64,000 nt of DNA from Cyanobacteriota bacterium (GTDB taxonomy: Bacteria; Cyanobacteriota; Cyanobacteriia; Thermostichales; Thermostichaceae). Under the pieces are notes generated by a model. That model ran no database searches, had not been told where the DNA came from, and worked only from the letters and a program-made list of their open reading frames with translations. The position numbers were made by a program, and so were the translations under genes. The DNA is taken from the NCBI GenBank assembly GCA_033764955.1, contig JANRIL010000040.1, positions 64,001 through 128,000 of the forward strand, read 5' to 3'. This document shows, piece after piece, positions 1 to 10,833 of the stretch (position 1 is the first letter of the stretch; each line of letters starts with the position of its first letter).

Positions 1-94
1 GGTAGAGGGCTTGCTTTTACTCTAGACCAAGAACCCCCCAATAACGGGCTTCCTAAAAGATCTCCAAGATCTCCCCTATTCCTTCAGACAGCGG

Positions 95-835
95 TTAGAG
101 CATCAGAACGCCCGGTTCTTTTTGTCGAGGTAAGCTGTCTAGCAGGTTGAGACGGCTACAGTAGGTCAGATCCTCCAGATAGTCAGAACTAAGCCCTAAA
201 AGCCTCTGACCATGACTTGCCTTTTGCAGTAGTCCCAGCAGGTTGTCCTGCCACTGCTGATACAGCGCTAGAGCCGCCACCGCCTCGTCGTTAGCTAACT
301 GTGGATCCTGACCTGCCACCTGCACCCTATGGATAATTGCTCCGGCACAAACCGTGTCTTCGAGGGCAAAGGATCCCTGCCAGCCGGAGCCAATCAGCCA
401 GACCTGTTGAAAGGACTGGGCAAGCAAAAACTCTACCACAGCCCCCACGTTGATCAAGGCAGCCGTCAACACTACCGGAGTGTTTTGGACTCGCTGGAGG
501 GAACGAGTGCCATTGGTGGTGCTCATGAAAATACGTTTGCCAGCCACTCTGGCCGGAGTATAGTCGAGGGGAGAATTGCCCAGATCAAAGCCTGCCACGG
601 TTTGTCCCCCCCGCTCTCCGGCGCGTAGTCGCTCAGCCGATGGCCAATTCTGGCTGACCGCTTCGAGTTCCCCCAACTCGGCAAACACTTGCACCGCCTC
701 CGCCCCCGCCGATAGAGCGGTAGCAATGGTCGTAGTCGCTCTCAAAACATCAATGACGACGGCACAATCCGGTTCCTGACTGGTTGTAGCGGGGTCGGGA
801 ACCAATTCAGGGGTGTGGAAAACGTACAGGATCAT
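95..835 (-). CDS. comB: 2-phosphosulfolactate phosphatase family protein
   Basis: [29 protein letters not shown] and EDTVCAG motifs of the ComB family. Confidence 0.9.
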   Translation of the reverse strand: MILYVFHTPELVPDPATTSQEPDCAVVIDVLRATTTIATALSAGAEAVQVFAELGELEAVSQNWPSAERLRAGERGGQTVAGFDLGNSPLDYTPARVAGKRIFMSTTNGTRSLQRVQNTPVVLTAALINVGAVVEFLLAQSFQQVWLIGSGWQGSFALEDTVCAGAIIHRVQVAGQDPQLANDEAVAALALYQQWQDNLLGLLQKASHGQRLLGLSSDYLEDLTYCSRLNLLDSLPRQKEPGVLML

Positions 836-895
836 GTCATCTCCATTCAGAGGGAAAAATAATGGGAGGCCATCGCTACTATGGGAAGCGCATTG

Positions 896-1669
896 TCAAA
901 ATTGCCGACGAGCAAAAACAACGGTGGTGATCGTCAACAATAGGCCAGTGTAGACGATACTGTAAACGGCGTTGAGCAACAATTCCCCCGAATCGGGAAG
1001 CAAACCATAAACCGCCTGGTTTTTAATATTGAGGCGTTCCAAATCTGGCAAAACCACATACATAATCTCAAAAAACTTGGTAATCAGAGAATTTTCGGTT
1101 AAGCTGCCAAACTGAAGTAAGGCTCTACTAAAGTGCCCCATCAAATAGAGTGCGATCGTATAGAGGGTAGCTAAAATTGAAGAAGTAAAAACCCCAAACA
1201 TGAGGGCTGCTGCGACGATTAACACCAATTCCAGAAAGATAAAAACAATTGACCACAATACCCCCAGCCAGGGAGCTGTGGGATCCCTTAATAGCACCAG
1301 ACCTAAAAAGATTGCCGTCATCATCAACAGCAAAACGGAAAGCAGCGCTGACAAACCCAGATGTTTTCCCAAAATAAATTCGGAACGGCTCATGGGTTTA
1401 GCGATTAAGACAAATACAGTCCGCTTCTCTATTTCTTTGTTGACCAAACCTGTGCCGACAAAAACAGCTACAATCAAGCCCAGAAAATTGATAGCAGCTA
1501 AGCCCAAATCGAGGATAATCTTATTTTCGGCTCGATTGGCAACCTGCGGGAGCAACGTAACAGCTCCCACCATGACAATACCAAATACCAAAACCAAATA
1601 AAGAATCCGATCCCGAATCGTCTCTCGAAAGACATTACGGGCAATCGTTACCACCCGTCCAAGATTCAT
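896..1669 (-). CDS. ABC transporter permease (ABC-2-like)
   Basis: About 6 TM helices; IARNVFRETIRDR start; KEIEKRT..LIAKPMSR.EFILGK motif. Confidence 0.85.
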   Translation of the reverse strand: MNLGRVVTIARNVFRETIRDRILYLVLVFGIVMVGAVTLLPQVANRAENKIILDLGLAAINFLGLIVAVFVGTGLVNKEIEKRTVFVLIAKPMSRSEFILGKHLGLSALLSVLLLMMTAIFLGLVLLRDPTAPWLGVLWSIVFIFLELVLIVAAALMFGVFTSSILATLYTIALYLMGHFSRALLQFGSLTENSLITKFFEIMYVVLPDLERLNIKNQAVYGLLPDSGELLLNAVYSIVYTGLLLTITTVVFARRQF

Positions 1670-1772
1670 GGCTCCATTCCTTTGTTGACTGCATTGTTGA
1701 CTAAAAATGTGACTCTGGCTTGCGCTAGACTCAATAGCGTCTCGACAAATTCTGTTTCTATAAAGTTATTTT

Positions 1773-2045
1773 ATGCAGTTTCGGGTTCATATCACCATCT
1801 CCCTCCGCCCCTCCATTTTGGATCCAGCCGGAACTGCCGTGCAGGCTAGTCTCCATCAACTGGGACATACGGATGTGAACCACTTACGCATCGGCAAAGC
1901 CATCGAGATGATTCTGCCAGCGGCGGATCCCGAAACGGCTGAACGGCTTGCCTCAGCTATGTGTGAGCAGTTGCTGGTCAATCCGGTGATCGAGAACTAT
2001 CAGATTCGGGTAGAAGCGCTCCTGCCCACTCCGTCTCCTATCTAG
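1773..2045 (+). CDS. purS: Phosphoribosylformylglycinamidine synthase subunit PurS
   Basis: ILDPAG..V and LLVNPVIENY motifs; directly upstream of purQ. Confidence 0.95.
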   Translation: MQFRVHITISLRPSILDPAGTAVQASLHQLGHTDVNHLRIGKAIEMILPAADPETAERLASAMCEQLLVNPVIENYQIRVEALLPTPSPI

Positions 2046-2099
2046 AGCGATGTCTAGGCTCCATTCAGCTAACATCATCGAGGCAGCAGGTAATTTCTT

Positions 2100-2840
2100 A
2101 TGACTCAGGTAACCTTTGGCATTGTGGTATTTCCCGGATCCAACTGTGACCGCGATGTAGTCTGGGCAGTTCAGCAATTGGGCTATGGGGCACGCCTACT
2201 TTGGCATACCGAAACCAATCTTGAGGGAATCGATGTGGTGGTGCTGCCAGGAGGGTTTAGCTATGGAGATTACCTGCGCTGTGGAGCCATTGCCCGCTTT
2301 GCCCCGATCATGGGATCCCTACGGCGATTTGCCGAGGCGGGGGGATTCGTGCTGGGCATCTGCAATGGCTTTCAAATTTTGCTGGAGGCGGGGTTTCTTG
2401 CCGGTGCCCTGGTGCGGAACCGAGGATTGCGCTTTATTTGCCAGCCTGTTTCCCTGCGGGTGGAGCGCCAAGATTTGCCCTGGACCCATCACTACGCCAA
2501 ACCAGAAAAATCCCAGATTATCTTGCCGATCGCCCACGGCGAGGGCTGTTATGTCTGCGATGCCGAGACCTTGGTGGAGTTAGAGACGCACCAACAAATC
2601 GTCTTTCGCTATCAGGGCGAGAACCCCAATGGGTCCCTAAACGGGATAGCGGGCATTTGTAATCGGGCAGGCAATGTTTTGGGGCTAATGCCGCATCCAG
2701 AGCGGGCTGTAGATGGTCAGATTCATCGGCTACCCGATGCGGTGCGGCAGGGATCCACAGATGGTTGTGGGCTATGGCAGAGCATTGGAGAGGCGGTGGC
2801 TCGTCGGCAGCGCCCGGTGGTCGGATCCCGATCCTTCTGA
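2100..2840 (+). CDS. purQ: Phosphoribosylformylglycinamidine synthase glutaminase subunit PurQ
   Basis: [27 protein letters not shown] and MPHPER motifs. Confidence 0.97.
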   Translation: MTQVTFGIVVFPGSNCDRDVVWAVQQLGYGARLLWHTETNLEGIDVVVLPGGFSYGDYLRCGAIARFAPIMGSLRRFAEAGGFVLGICNGFQILLEAGFLAGALVRNRGLRFICQPVSLRVERQDLPWTHHYAKPEKSQIILPIAHGEGCYVCDAETLVELETHQQIVFRYQGENPNGSLNGIAGICNRAGNVLGLMPHPERAVDGQIHRLPDAVRQGSTDGCGLWQSIGEAVARRQRPVVGSRSF

Positions 2841-2956
2841 ATAATTCTGGATAATATGGATAATTTGGTTGGGATGGTTCTTAACTTCTAATTAGCCAAA
2901 TATTTTTGACTTTCTATGGTTGCTATAAAAATAGCTCAGAATAAAATTAAGACAAT

Positions 2957-3394
2957 ATGAGTGGGAAAGAGAAACTGACCAAAAAATTTCCTAATTTATT
3001 TCCGGAAGATCCCCCAAGAATCATTAGCAGATCTAAGTTAGAGATTCATGACGGAAAATGGCGAGAGATTATGTCAAACCTCCAAAGTCGTACCGCTTCA
3101 GGTGTCTATAACTTCGTTACCATAGAAGAGATTATCTTTATACGTAGAGCCAGTGCGAAGGTAGGAGGTAACTTGATTGGTCATATTGATCTTGCTATGG
3201 GCAAAGACGTGGACTATGCGGGACGACTTTATTTCTCAGGACGCACAAATCGCGGCATTCTTCGGAAGTGGACTAATGAGTCTGGTCACTATCGGCCTTC
3301 TGTAGATGCTAGAAAAAGCGCTGGTCTCCCTGAAATGCTTTTTCAGCCAGGTCAATTTGGAGGTCTGGCAAGCGTAGGAACTTCCACAACGTAA
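2957..3394 (+). CDS. Hypothetical protein resembling a stand-alone polymorphic toxin tip
   Basis: AT-rich; GHIDLAMG..V.YAG.L.F...W.NESGHYRP motif pattern; followed 19 bp later by a second AT-rich ORF. Confidence 0.55.
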   Translation: MSGKEKLTKKFPNLFPEDPPRIISRSKLEIHDGKWREIMSNLQSRTASGVYNFVTIEEIIFIRRASAKVGGNLIGHIDLAMGKDVDYAGRLYFSGRTNRGILRKWTNESGHYRPSVDARKSAGLPEMLFQPGQFGGLASVGTSTT

Positions 3395-3413
3395 ATAACT
3401 CAGGATAATCATC

Positions 3414-4028
3414 ATGATGAGCCATGCAGAGTTTGACAGGCAGAATTCTCAAGTCCTGATAAACCCCTCAGAAGAGGAACAATTTAATGAAATTTGTGCG
3501 TTGCTTGAGAAAGATACTGTAGAGGCTCTGAGAGTTGCTAATTCTACGCTCAGAAGCAAAAAATATTTTCAAGATTTACTAGAAAGAGGTCTAGAGTCTG
3601 CAAATGCTAGTGAAATTGAAATATGGCTTAAATATTTAATTCCTCGACTTGGGATCCGATACGTCATAAACGTTCTTTCGGAAAAGGTTACTCAGCAACC
3701 GCAACAGGTCAGGAAAGCCTCATACTGGCTTCAAAAATTCTTAAACAATTCAAATAATAAAGAATTAAGTTTGTTTGAAAAGTTGGAGGAAAAAATGCTG
3801 GGAGAAGAATATAAAGCTGTTACACCTTCTGGAAAAGCTTACAAGTTGATCCTCAAAATCAAAAGTACTAATGAGTATGCGATTTTTGGTGGTTATCAAT
3901 TAGGTAGTCGCGGATCCGGTATAGTTGTTGAGATTTTAGATCCGCAGACTTTCTATCCTACAGGCGGAGTCAAGTTAGCATCACCAAGTGATCTTGAAAT
4001 ACTTGATCCACAGCCATACGATGATTGA
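3414..4028 (+). CDS. Hypothetical protein, candidate immunity/partner of the upstream ORF
   Basis: 204 aa AT-rich ORF; AGGA just upstream; tightly linked to 2957-3394. Confidence 0.5.
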   Translation: MMSHAEFDRQNSQVLINPSEEEQFNEICALLEKDTVEALRVANSTLRSKKYFQDLLERGLESANASEIEIWLKYLIPRLGIRYVINVLSEKVTQQPQQVRKASYWLQKFLNNSNNKELSLFEKLEEKMLGEEYKAVTPSGKAYKLILKIKSTNEYAIFGGYQLGSRGSGIVVEILDPQTFYPTGGVKLASPSDLEILDPQPYDD

Positions 4029-4313
4029 TATGTATCTAACACGTCATTGCCTCGAAACGGAAATTTATGTGATCAGTTCTGAATATATAGCTATTCCAAA
4101 TAAGAATACGACTGCTTAACTCCTCATGTCCAAGCTGTGAAAGACCCTGGATTTCTCAAGCTAAATTGGAATGACTGTACAATCGTCCGATGAGTTCAGC
4201 GGTTATTCTTAACAGAAGCATAAACAGATGATTGCGAATTCTGAACCACGGGATCCCTAAAAAAATGGTTTTATAGAGCAGCTTGCCCCTTATCTCGTCA
4301 CATTAGGTGCGTC

Positions 4314-6059
4314 ATGTCTGATCTCTTGCGTTCGCGGCGGTTCATGCTCAAGTGGCTGACCTGTAGCGGCGGTGCAGCACTTTTCCTAGCTGCCTGTGGT
4401 GGCGGATCCCAGGTTAACTCGGTGCTTCCCGAATCGGACTTATCCACCCAAGAGTCCACCAATTTGCTGGTCTCTAACCGAATTTTTCCGCAGGGGGTTT
4501 GGAGCGGTGATCCAACAACGGAGGGAGCCGTTCTCTCCACTCGCGCTTTGCCCAATGGCACCGACTTGGTGTCAGTGAATGTTCGTCTGGAAGTGGCGGA
4601 TAACGAGGGGTTTGAACCGATTGCTCAGCAATACACCCTGACCGCCTACGCGACAGCCGGTTTTGACTATCGTCAACGACCTGGCGACTATATTGCCCGA
4701 CAAGTAGTGACTGGGCTCAATCCCAGTCAGCGCTATTTCTTCCGCTTTGTGGCCTCCCTAGGGCAAACCAGCCCCGTCGGCAGCTTCAAAACCCTACCCA
4801 GCCAAGGGGAAGCCAGTCTGGTCAACTTTATTCACATGAGTTGCGCCAATCAGCCGCCCTATCCGGTGGCGAGCGCGCTCGCGGACGAACTGCAAAATTT
4901 GGATCCGGCTTTTGTTATTTTCAACGGGGATACCGTCTATGCCGATGCGTTTTGGCAGGGGGGGCAACCGGAATCGAATATCGAGTTTTATCGCAATCTC
5001 TACCGTCAACAACGGGATGCCAGTTATACGGGGCCTGGATTTCCGGATTTGTTTCTGAGAACCTCTTTTATCAGCAATTGGGATGACCATGAGGTGATCA
5101 ATGACTATAGCGGCAGAAGTGTTTTGCTGCCTGCGGCCCAGCCGGGTATCCCCCTGCCCAGCAATATCAGCGACCTGCAAGCGCTTGGCTATCAGGCATT
5201 TTTAGAATACACTCCCGTGCGACCCACCTTTGAGGATGACCCCGGAGTGGATCCCTTGACCCGTGTCTTTCGCCAAACTCGGGTGGGAGCCGACCTAGAA
5301 ATTTTTACTCTAGATTTGCGTCAGTACCGCGATCTTCCCGGTGGATTGGCTGGACAAGCTCCCCTTTTCCCGATTTTGCCGCCGGGAGTAGATCCACAGG
5401 CTCTCAGTGCGGAATTGGGCTTGACTCGCACGGCTTCCCTGGCTCTGTTTGGGTTGAAGCGAACCGAGCTTCCCCTGCGGCAAGTACCGCGCCGTTTGCT
5501 TGGCTCGGCTCAAAAACAATGGTTGAAGTCTAACCTGCTGGCCTCGAATGCCACCTTCAAAATTATTGTGAGTGAGTTTATTTTTAGTGAATCCTACGCC
5601 CAGCCCTATGACCGATGGGAGGGCTACTGGCTAGAACGGCAGGAAATTCTCAACTTTATTGAAGATAATGGCATCCGCAATGTGGTGATTTTGTCGGGAG
5701 ATCAACATGCAGGTCAAATTTCGCTGATTAATCCAGACAGCAGCAATCCGATCTGGGAGGTGGATACGGGTCCTGTCGGACGATCGACTTTAGCGGCTGG
5801 GATCAAGGAATTGGGGGAAAGCTTAGGGATCCTCAACGCCGATGTGGTGTATTACGAGATCATCAATCAATTTACTGCTCCCGTTGAGTTTGGTGGCATT
5901 CCTGGCTCCACCAACAACACCCTGCGCTTTTATGAAATTGATAACCCCAACTACTGCACGGTGGAAGTGAATGGTAGTAGTCTGCGAATTCAACTGAAAA
6001 ATAGCAGTGGCGGGGTGCTAACCGATCCCTTGGGGCGGGTGGGTGAGTTGATTCTCTAA
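4314..6059 (+). CDS. phoD: Alkaline phosphatase D family protein, predicted Tat-exported lipoprotein
   Basis: SRRFML twin-arginine signal and LAAC lipobox; FPQGVWSGDP, GDTVYAD, WDDHEV.ND, LDLRQYR, LLG.AQ.QWL, DRWEGY..ER and SGDQH motifs. Confidence 0.9.
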   Translation: MSDLLRSRRFMLKWLTCSGGAALFLAACGGGSQVNSVLPESDLSTQESTNLLVSNRIFPQGVWSGDPTTEGAVLSTRALPNGTDLVSVNVRLEVADNEGFEPIAQQYTLTAYATAGFDYRQRPGDYIARQVVTGLNPSQRYFFRFVASLGQTSPVGSFKTLPSQGEASLVNFIHMSCANQPPYPVASALADELQNLDPAFVIFNGDTVYADAFWQGGQPESNIEFYRNLYRQQRDASYTGPGFPDLFLRTSFISNWDDHEVINDYSGRSVLLPAAQPGIPLPSNISDLQALGYQAFLEYTPVRPTFEDDPGVDPLTRVFRQTRVGADLEIFTLDLRQYRDLPGGLAGQAPLFPILPPGVDPQALSAELGLTRTASLALFGLKRTELPLRQVPRRLLGSAQKQWLKSNLLASNATFKIIVSEFIFSESYAQPYDRWEGYWLERQEILNFIEDNGIRNVVILSGDQHAGQISLINPDSSNPIWEVDTGPVGRSTLAAGIKELGESLGILNADVVYYEIINQFTAPVEFGGIPGSTNNTLRFYEIDNPNYCTVEVNGSSLRIQLKNSSGGVLTDPLGRVGELIL

Positions 6060-6645
6060 TCCCTATCTTCTTTCCCGGCGAGCTAGTAAGTTAACAATCC
6101 TTTGCAATTATTCTGGTTTCTGGGAGTAGAAATACGGATATAAGCAATTTCCTGTCTCCGTAGTAAAAATGCGGATCTCTTCACCCAATTCTGGTCAAAC
6201 TCCTGCTAAATGGGCAGCCTAAGCGAGTTAGCGTAGAGAAATTACGCCGATTCATGGACTTCAAAATCCGTATTCTCCCTAGGGAAAAGCTGCCTTATTG
6301 ACTTCACACTGGAAATATCAAGAGAGAGCAATCCTCCCACCCAGTACAGGAGCTATGAATGATGTCAGCATCTTCGGATTTACAGTTTCAAACCCATGTT
6401 TTAGCCAGAAGTCTAGGGGCGGCGTTGGCCTGGGGATCCCCGATCAAAGTCAAGATTCACTTCAAATCTGCTCAGCATCAGGAAGAGGTGTTGACGATGC
6501 CGGGGTTGCTAGAAACCTCTGCTGCTTTACGCCTAGCTACTCCCTCTCTGGCCTTGGTAGCCTAGCGTTGGCTGATCAGAGTATGGATTTAGACTCTAGA
6601 ACTAACTGTCGGAGTAAGTCAGGGAAAAGCGTGGGGGAATAGAAC

Positions 6646-6846
6646 ATGGTAACCATTCAATCGATTGTGCAAGAAGCGTTGAATACTCGCGTTTTGACCT
6701 CCAGGCAGCAGCGCCACATCAACACGTTACTTCTGCACATGCAGTATCAAGAATCAGATTTTGAGGCTCTCAAGCAGCTTTACCAAGCCATCGATCAAGG
6801 CATCGTCGTGAGTGGCAGTAATAGTTTGGCTGTGATTGGAGCTTAG
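6646..6846 (+). CDS. Small hypothetical protein (cyanobacterial type)
   Basis: 66 aa helical ORF with GGGGA RBS-like sequence; resembles small cyanobacterial IxxIVQxALxTxxL proteins. Confidence 0.55.
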   Translation: MVTIQSIVQEALNTRVLTSRQQRHINTLLLHMQYQESDFEALKQLYQAIDQGIVVSGSNSLAVIGA

Positions 6847-6898
6847 TTCTTGCCTAGACTCGCCTAGACTAAAAGAGACAAGTTGCTAGGCAAGCTGT

Positions 6899-7309
6899 AT
6901 GCAGAAGTGGGCGAGGCTGAGAGATTATTGGAGAGATCAAGGGATCCAACTTTTGCTATTTCTGGTGATTTTCGCTGGACTCTGGTTAGCTGGGAGCGGG
7001 ATCCCAGCCATGGCAAAGAGCACTGTCACTACCGGACAATCTCCCGCCCTTCTCTCTGGGCGTATCTTGGGATCCGAATGGTTGGCAACACCCACCGACC
7101 AAAAGCTGGCTTATTGCGAAAAAGCCTTTCAATCCTTTCGCTCCTCCCCCTCCCAAAGCTACATCATCAGCTCGAACGTGCAGGCGATGACCCCAGCCGG
7201 CTTTTGCCAGCGCCTCGATCAGTTTTATGCCTACCCGATTAACGAAGACACCCCCCTGGGGGAGGCGGCAGCCCTTGCCCCCCTTTTGTTCTCCGACCTC
7301 CCGCTCTAG
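6899..7309 (+). CDS. Hypothetical exported/membrane-anchored protein
   Basis: N-terminal hydrophobic segment, two Cys, plausible composition. Confidence 0.55.
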   Translation: MQKWARLRDYWRDQGIQLLLFLVIFAGLWLAGSGIPAMAKSTVTTGQSPALLSGRILGSEWLATPTDQKLAYCEKAFQSFRSSPSQSYIISSNVQAMTPAGFCQRLDQFYAYPINEDTPLGEAAALAPLLFSDLPL

Positions 7310-7342
7310 GGGATCCCGTATGCTGTTCGGGGATTATCTGGG

Positions 7343-7705
7343 TTAGCGAATGACAATTCCTCCCGGCACCCAACTGGGTGGGACACCAATATAAGTGCCA
7401 TTGATAACAATGCCATCCCGCCCACGAATCACAATCCCCCCGTTGTTGGTGTAGTTGACGGCGTTGACATCGGTGCGGCGGTAAACCCGCACATCATACT
7501 TATTGCTACGGGAGCGACAGATAATCGGGGCATCGCTGGCAGCGGAAGCGGCTCGGCAGTTATAGCCCCCCCCACTTGGCTGCACTTGGATGCTGCGGGT
7601 TTCTACATTTTTTTCCTTCGGTTCTGCTTGGGCTGGGGATCCTAGCCCTAGGGCGAGCGCCGCCAAAACAGTTGCCAATCCTGTCCACGGGGTTAGTTCT
7701 TGCAT
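7343..7705 (-). CDS. Hypothetical secreted protein
   Basis: Signal peptide ending PAQA-E; start chosen at MQELTP, which has GGAGG upstream. Confidence 0.55.
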   Translation of the reverse strand: MQELTPWTGLATVLAALALGLGSPAQAEPKEKNVETRSIQVQPSGGGYNCRAASAASDAPIICRSRSNKYDVRVYRRTDVNAVNYTNNGGIVIRGRDGIVINGTYIGVPPSWVPGGIVIR

Positions 7706-7861
7706 GAGGGATCCCTCCTCTGGGGTTAAGGGTTTGTTTATTCTGGTTTGATCCTGGCTGAAGAAGAAAGGAAGCAGCAAGTTGATCAGGGGTGGCTTTC
7801 GCTACCGAAAACCGTAAGCCTCTTTACTGCTAGGAGCCAGTCTAGAATTGAATTACCGAGA

Positions 7862-8458
7862 TTAGGTGCCAGGTTCTAAGCAACATAGCCAATTTCCTGA
7901 ACCAGCCGCCTCAGAAATAACTTGGAATAATCCTTGAGCGTCTTTGTTGTGATGAAGAGTTTGCAAGAGAGGGTTTCGATGGGTATCTATCTGTTGCACG
8001 TCCAAGGGCGTTAACAATCCAGTAAAACAGTTTCGCTGCCCCGCCGCTTCTTGTAACCACCAAGGCAAGCCTGATCGAAAATGGCTGCTGATGTCGGCTG
8101 CTTTCAAAAAGGTTTTCCAAGCAGAGAGAGCATCAGCACTTAGCCCATCAAGTTGAGGTGGATTGGCTTCTAAGTCAGCGAAAAAGAAGTCTGTATATAA
8201 AATCTGATATTTCCCAATTGTACAATCCGCAAGACAAACAGCTAATATCAGTGGGGTTACGCCCTTCGGCAAGCTTACATAGTCTCCTTCACTAACCACT
8301 CCAGACAGATCCAGTTCGTCTAGAAGATCCGCCACTTCTACCACATCGTTATGGCTCGACAACATGTCCTGCCATTGGGATAGGAGAATAGAAGTAGGTA
8401 TATTAAGATATTTTTGCTCAAATTTTGGAGCATCCCATGCGAAGAAAGTAGTACGCAT
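7862..8458 (-). CDS. Hypothetical protein
   Basis: 198 aa ORF of lower GC than its neighbours; no recognisable motif. Confidence 0.5.
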   Translation of the reverse strand: MRTTFFAWDAPKFEQKYLNIPTSILLSQWQDMLSSHNDVVEVADLLDELDLSGVVSEGDYVSLPKGVTPLILAVCLADCTIGKYQILYTDFFFADLEANPPQLDGLSADALSAWKTFLKAADISSHFRSGLPWWLQEAAGQRNCFTGLLTPLDVQQIDTHRNPLLQTLHHNKDAQGLFQVISEAAGSGNWLCCLEPGT

Positions 8459-8640
8459 AGAAGTTAGGTTAATGGATGAGTATGGGATAACTATACCAAA
8501 ATGGCCCAGGTTAGGGTTGGGAAATCCCTGTTTGACGAATCCAGTTATTCAGATAAAGGCGCATAATAAATAAGGTGAGGGATCCACCGCTAGGGATCCC
8601 CGGCACACAGCCGCAGCGCTACGGTGAAGACGATATGGAG

Positions 8641-9678
8641 TTAACCTATGCCTGAGCGCCCCAACGCCAAACCCAAAACCAACATTCCTAAGACCAAAAA
8701 AGGTTGAGCACTCGCCTGATATTTCACATCATTGTTCAGGGGATCCCGTAAAAAGTACATATCCTGAAAGACAATTTGGGGAATGATCAACAGCACCAAA
8801 ATAGACGCATAAAGCTGAAGTCCAGCTCCTAATAAAAAGGCAGCCATTCCAAATTGGAAAAAGTCGATCATCAGCACCGATACCCAAGCCGCTGTTTGAA
8901 CCCCTAACATGACGGGTAAGGAAGCCAAGCCAAATTGTTGATCCCCCTCTATACTTTTGAAGTCATTGACCACCGCGATACCCAGACCAGCCAAACTGTA
9001 GAGGAGCGTTAACAGGCAGACTGTCAGATTCAGGTCTCCAAATAGGGCATGACCCGTCCACCAAGGCAAGGCGATATAGCTGGCTCCCAAGGCGTAGTTG
9101 CCTAGCCAGCCATTCTGTTTCAGTTTGAGGGGAGGAGCCGAATAGATATAAGCAATCAGGGATCCCGCCAGCGCAATGCTGCTAATCACTGGGAATTCAT
9201 GTCCCACCCACCAATCCAAACCGTAGGCTAATGCCAAGCCTAAAATGAGGAGAATCCAAATTTGCGCCACCACCCGCTTCAGAGAAATCGCCCCTGACGG
9301 AATGGGACGGTAAGGCTCGTTTACCGCATCAATCTCGCGGTCAAAATATTCATTGAGGGTTTGCGTGTATCCGGTCAGGAGGGGTCCAGCCAAAATCATA
9401 CAGACCAGCGAGAGTGCAACATTTTCCCACGTCCAACTAAACTGACCGGAGGAAGCCGCTCCCGGAATCACACCCCAAATCAAGGGGATCCAGGTGACAG
9501 GCTTCATCAGTTGTAGATGCCGTTGCCAGACCGAACGGGACTCCACAGCGGCTCCCTTCATCCCCAGCAATTGACGGGCACGGGATCCCTTGGGGCTATG
9601 GTCGTGGTTGGGAGCGGACTCAACAGAGGTTTCGGTATCGAGAGGAGCCTGAGCATCGGGGGAGAAGCTTTCGGTCAT
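8641..9678 (-). CDS. chlG: Chlorophyll synthase
   Basis: LMKPVTWIPLIWG, DREIDAVNEPYRPIPSG, VNDFKSIEGD and DVKYQASAQPF motifs. Confidence 0.97.
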   Translation of the reverse strand: MTESFSPDAQAPLDTETSVESAPNHDHSPKGSRARQLLGMKGAAVESRSVWQRHLQLMKPVTWIPLIWGVIPGAASSGQFSWTWENVALSLVCMILAGPLLTGYTQTLNEYFDREIDAVNEPYRPIPSGAISLKRVVAQIWILLILGLALAYGLDWWVGHEFPVISSIALAGSLIAYIYSAPPLKLKQNGWLGNYALGASYIALPWWTGHALFGDLNLTVCLLTLLYSLAGLGIAVVNDFKSIEGDQQFGLASLPVMLGVQTAAWVSVLMIDFFQFGMAAFLLGAGLQLYASILVLLIIPQIVFQDMYFLRDPLNNDVKYQASAQPFLVLGMLVLGLALGRSGIG

Positions 9679-9742
9679 AATGGTAACGATCCGTGAAGGA
9701 GAACATTCCTTTGATCCTGCCATTCTTTTGAAGGATTGCTAC

Positions 9743-10384
9743 ATGTTCCCCCAATACTGGTATTTACACGGGTTTGCCTCTAGCCCTCAGTCGGCGAAAG
9801 CCCAGTTTTTCCAACATAGCTTTGCGGAGAGGGGGCAAGGGCTGAGGGTTCCTGACCTCAACCAGGGGGATTTTCGTCATCTCACCCTAACCCGCCAACT
9901 TGAGCAGGTGGGATCCCAACTGCCCAACGATCCAGTGGTCATGATCGGCTCCAGTTTGGGGGGATTAGTGGCGGCTCATCTGGCGGAACGTTACCCCCAA
10001 ATTCAGCGCTTACTTCTATTGGCTCCGGCTTTTCAGTTCTTGACCCATTGGCTGCCCAAATTAGGAGACGAAGCCTTACAAAAATGGCAGGAACAGGGAT
10101 CCACTGCGGTTTATCACTATGGCGAAAAACAAAAGTTGCTCTTGGATTATGAGTTTATTCGTGATGCCCAACGCTATCAGGATAGCCATCTCACCCGCCC
10201 ACTCCCTACCCTGATTTGGCACGGTCGCCAGGATGAGGTGATTCCGGTGCAAGCCAGTCGTGCCTATGCCGCCCATCGCCCCTGGGTGGATTTGATCGAG
10301 TTGGATAGCGATCACGCCCTAACTGATCACCTAGCAATCTGCTGGCCATCCGTCCAACAGTTTTGTCTGGATCCCTATCTTTAA
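9743..10384 (+). CDS. YqiA/YcfP family alpha/beta esterase
   Basis: YLHGFASSPQSAKA, GSSLGG nucleophile elbow, HG.QDEVIP and SDH. Confidence 0.9.
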   Translation: MFPQYWYLHGFASSPQSAKAQFFQHSFAERGQGLRVPDLNQGDFRHLTLTRQLEQVGSQLPNDPVVMIGSSLGGLVAAHLAERYPQIQRLLLLAPAFQFLTHWLPKLGDEALQKWQEQGSTAVYHYGEKQKLLLDYEFIRDAQRYQDSHLTRPLPTLIWHGRQDEVIPVQASRAYAAHRPWVDLIELDSDHALTDHLAICWPSVQQFCLDPYL

Positions 10385-10500
10385 GGTAGACATCAAGGAG
10401 AATCGGTAATTCTCTGGGAGCGGGAATGCCAACAAGACTGATGAAAGGGTAAAAACCCATTCGATTAACGAATACCTAGCAACCTTGGGATAGAACTAAC

Positions 10501-10833
10501 ATGACGATTACGACGATCGAACTACCGACAGACAAAATAGCTGAATTTTGTCACAAATGGCAGGTAACCGAATTTGCTCTGTTTGGTTCTATTCTACGCA
10601 ATGACTTTCGCCCGGAGAGCAACATTGATGTGATGGTGCAATTTCGCCCAGAGGCACACCCCACCTTTCATGCCCTAGACCAGATAGAAGCAGAGTTGCC
10701 AACCATTTTTTGTCGAGAGGTTAACCTGCTTACCCGGCAGGGGATTGAAACTAGCCGCAACTACTTACATCGCCACGAAATTCTTTCCTCAGCCCAGGTG
10801 ATTTATGCAGCGGGATCTTCAATTTCTACTTGA
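10501..10833 (+). CDS. MNT-family nucleotidyltransferase antitoxin, possibly degenerate
   Basis: IAEFCHKWQVTEFALFGSILRNDFRPESNIDVMV; the usual SDID reads SNID. Confidence 0.8.
   Translation: MTITTIELPTDKIAEFCHKWQVTEFALFGSILRNDFRPESNIDVMVQFRPEAHPTFHALDQIEAELPTIFCREVNLLTRQGIETSRNYLHRHEILSSAQVIYAAGSSIST

Noticed and set aside
4034..4120. ATCTAAC just after the stop of 3414-4028, resembling an integron attC inverse core
   Set aside because: No matching GTTRRRY core or pairing arms nearby, and no integrase in the window
4208..4248. Possible Pho box upstream of phoD (CTTAACAG ... CTGAACCA, 33 bp apart)
   Set aside because: The intervening 11-bp repeats are too degenerate to support a call
6060..6645. 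Long intergenic region with ORFs 6298-6642 and 6359-6565; possible ncRNA
   Set aside because: No recognisable protein motif, RNA family or convincing structure
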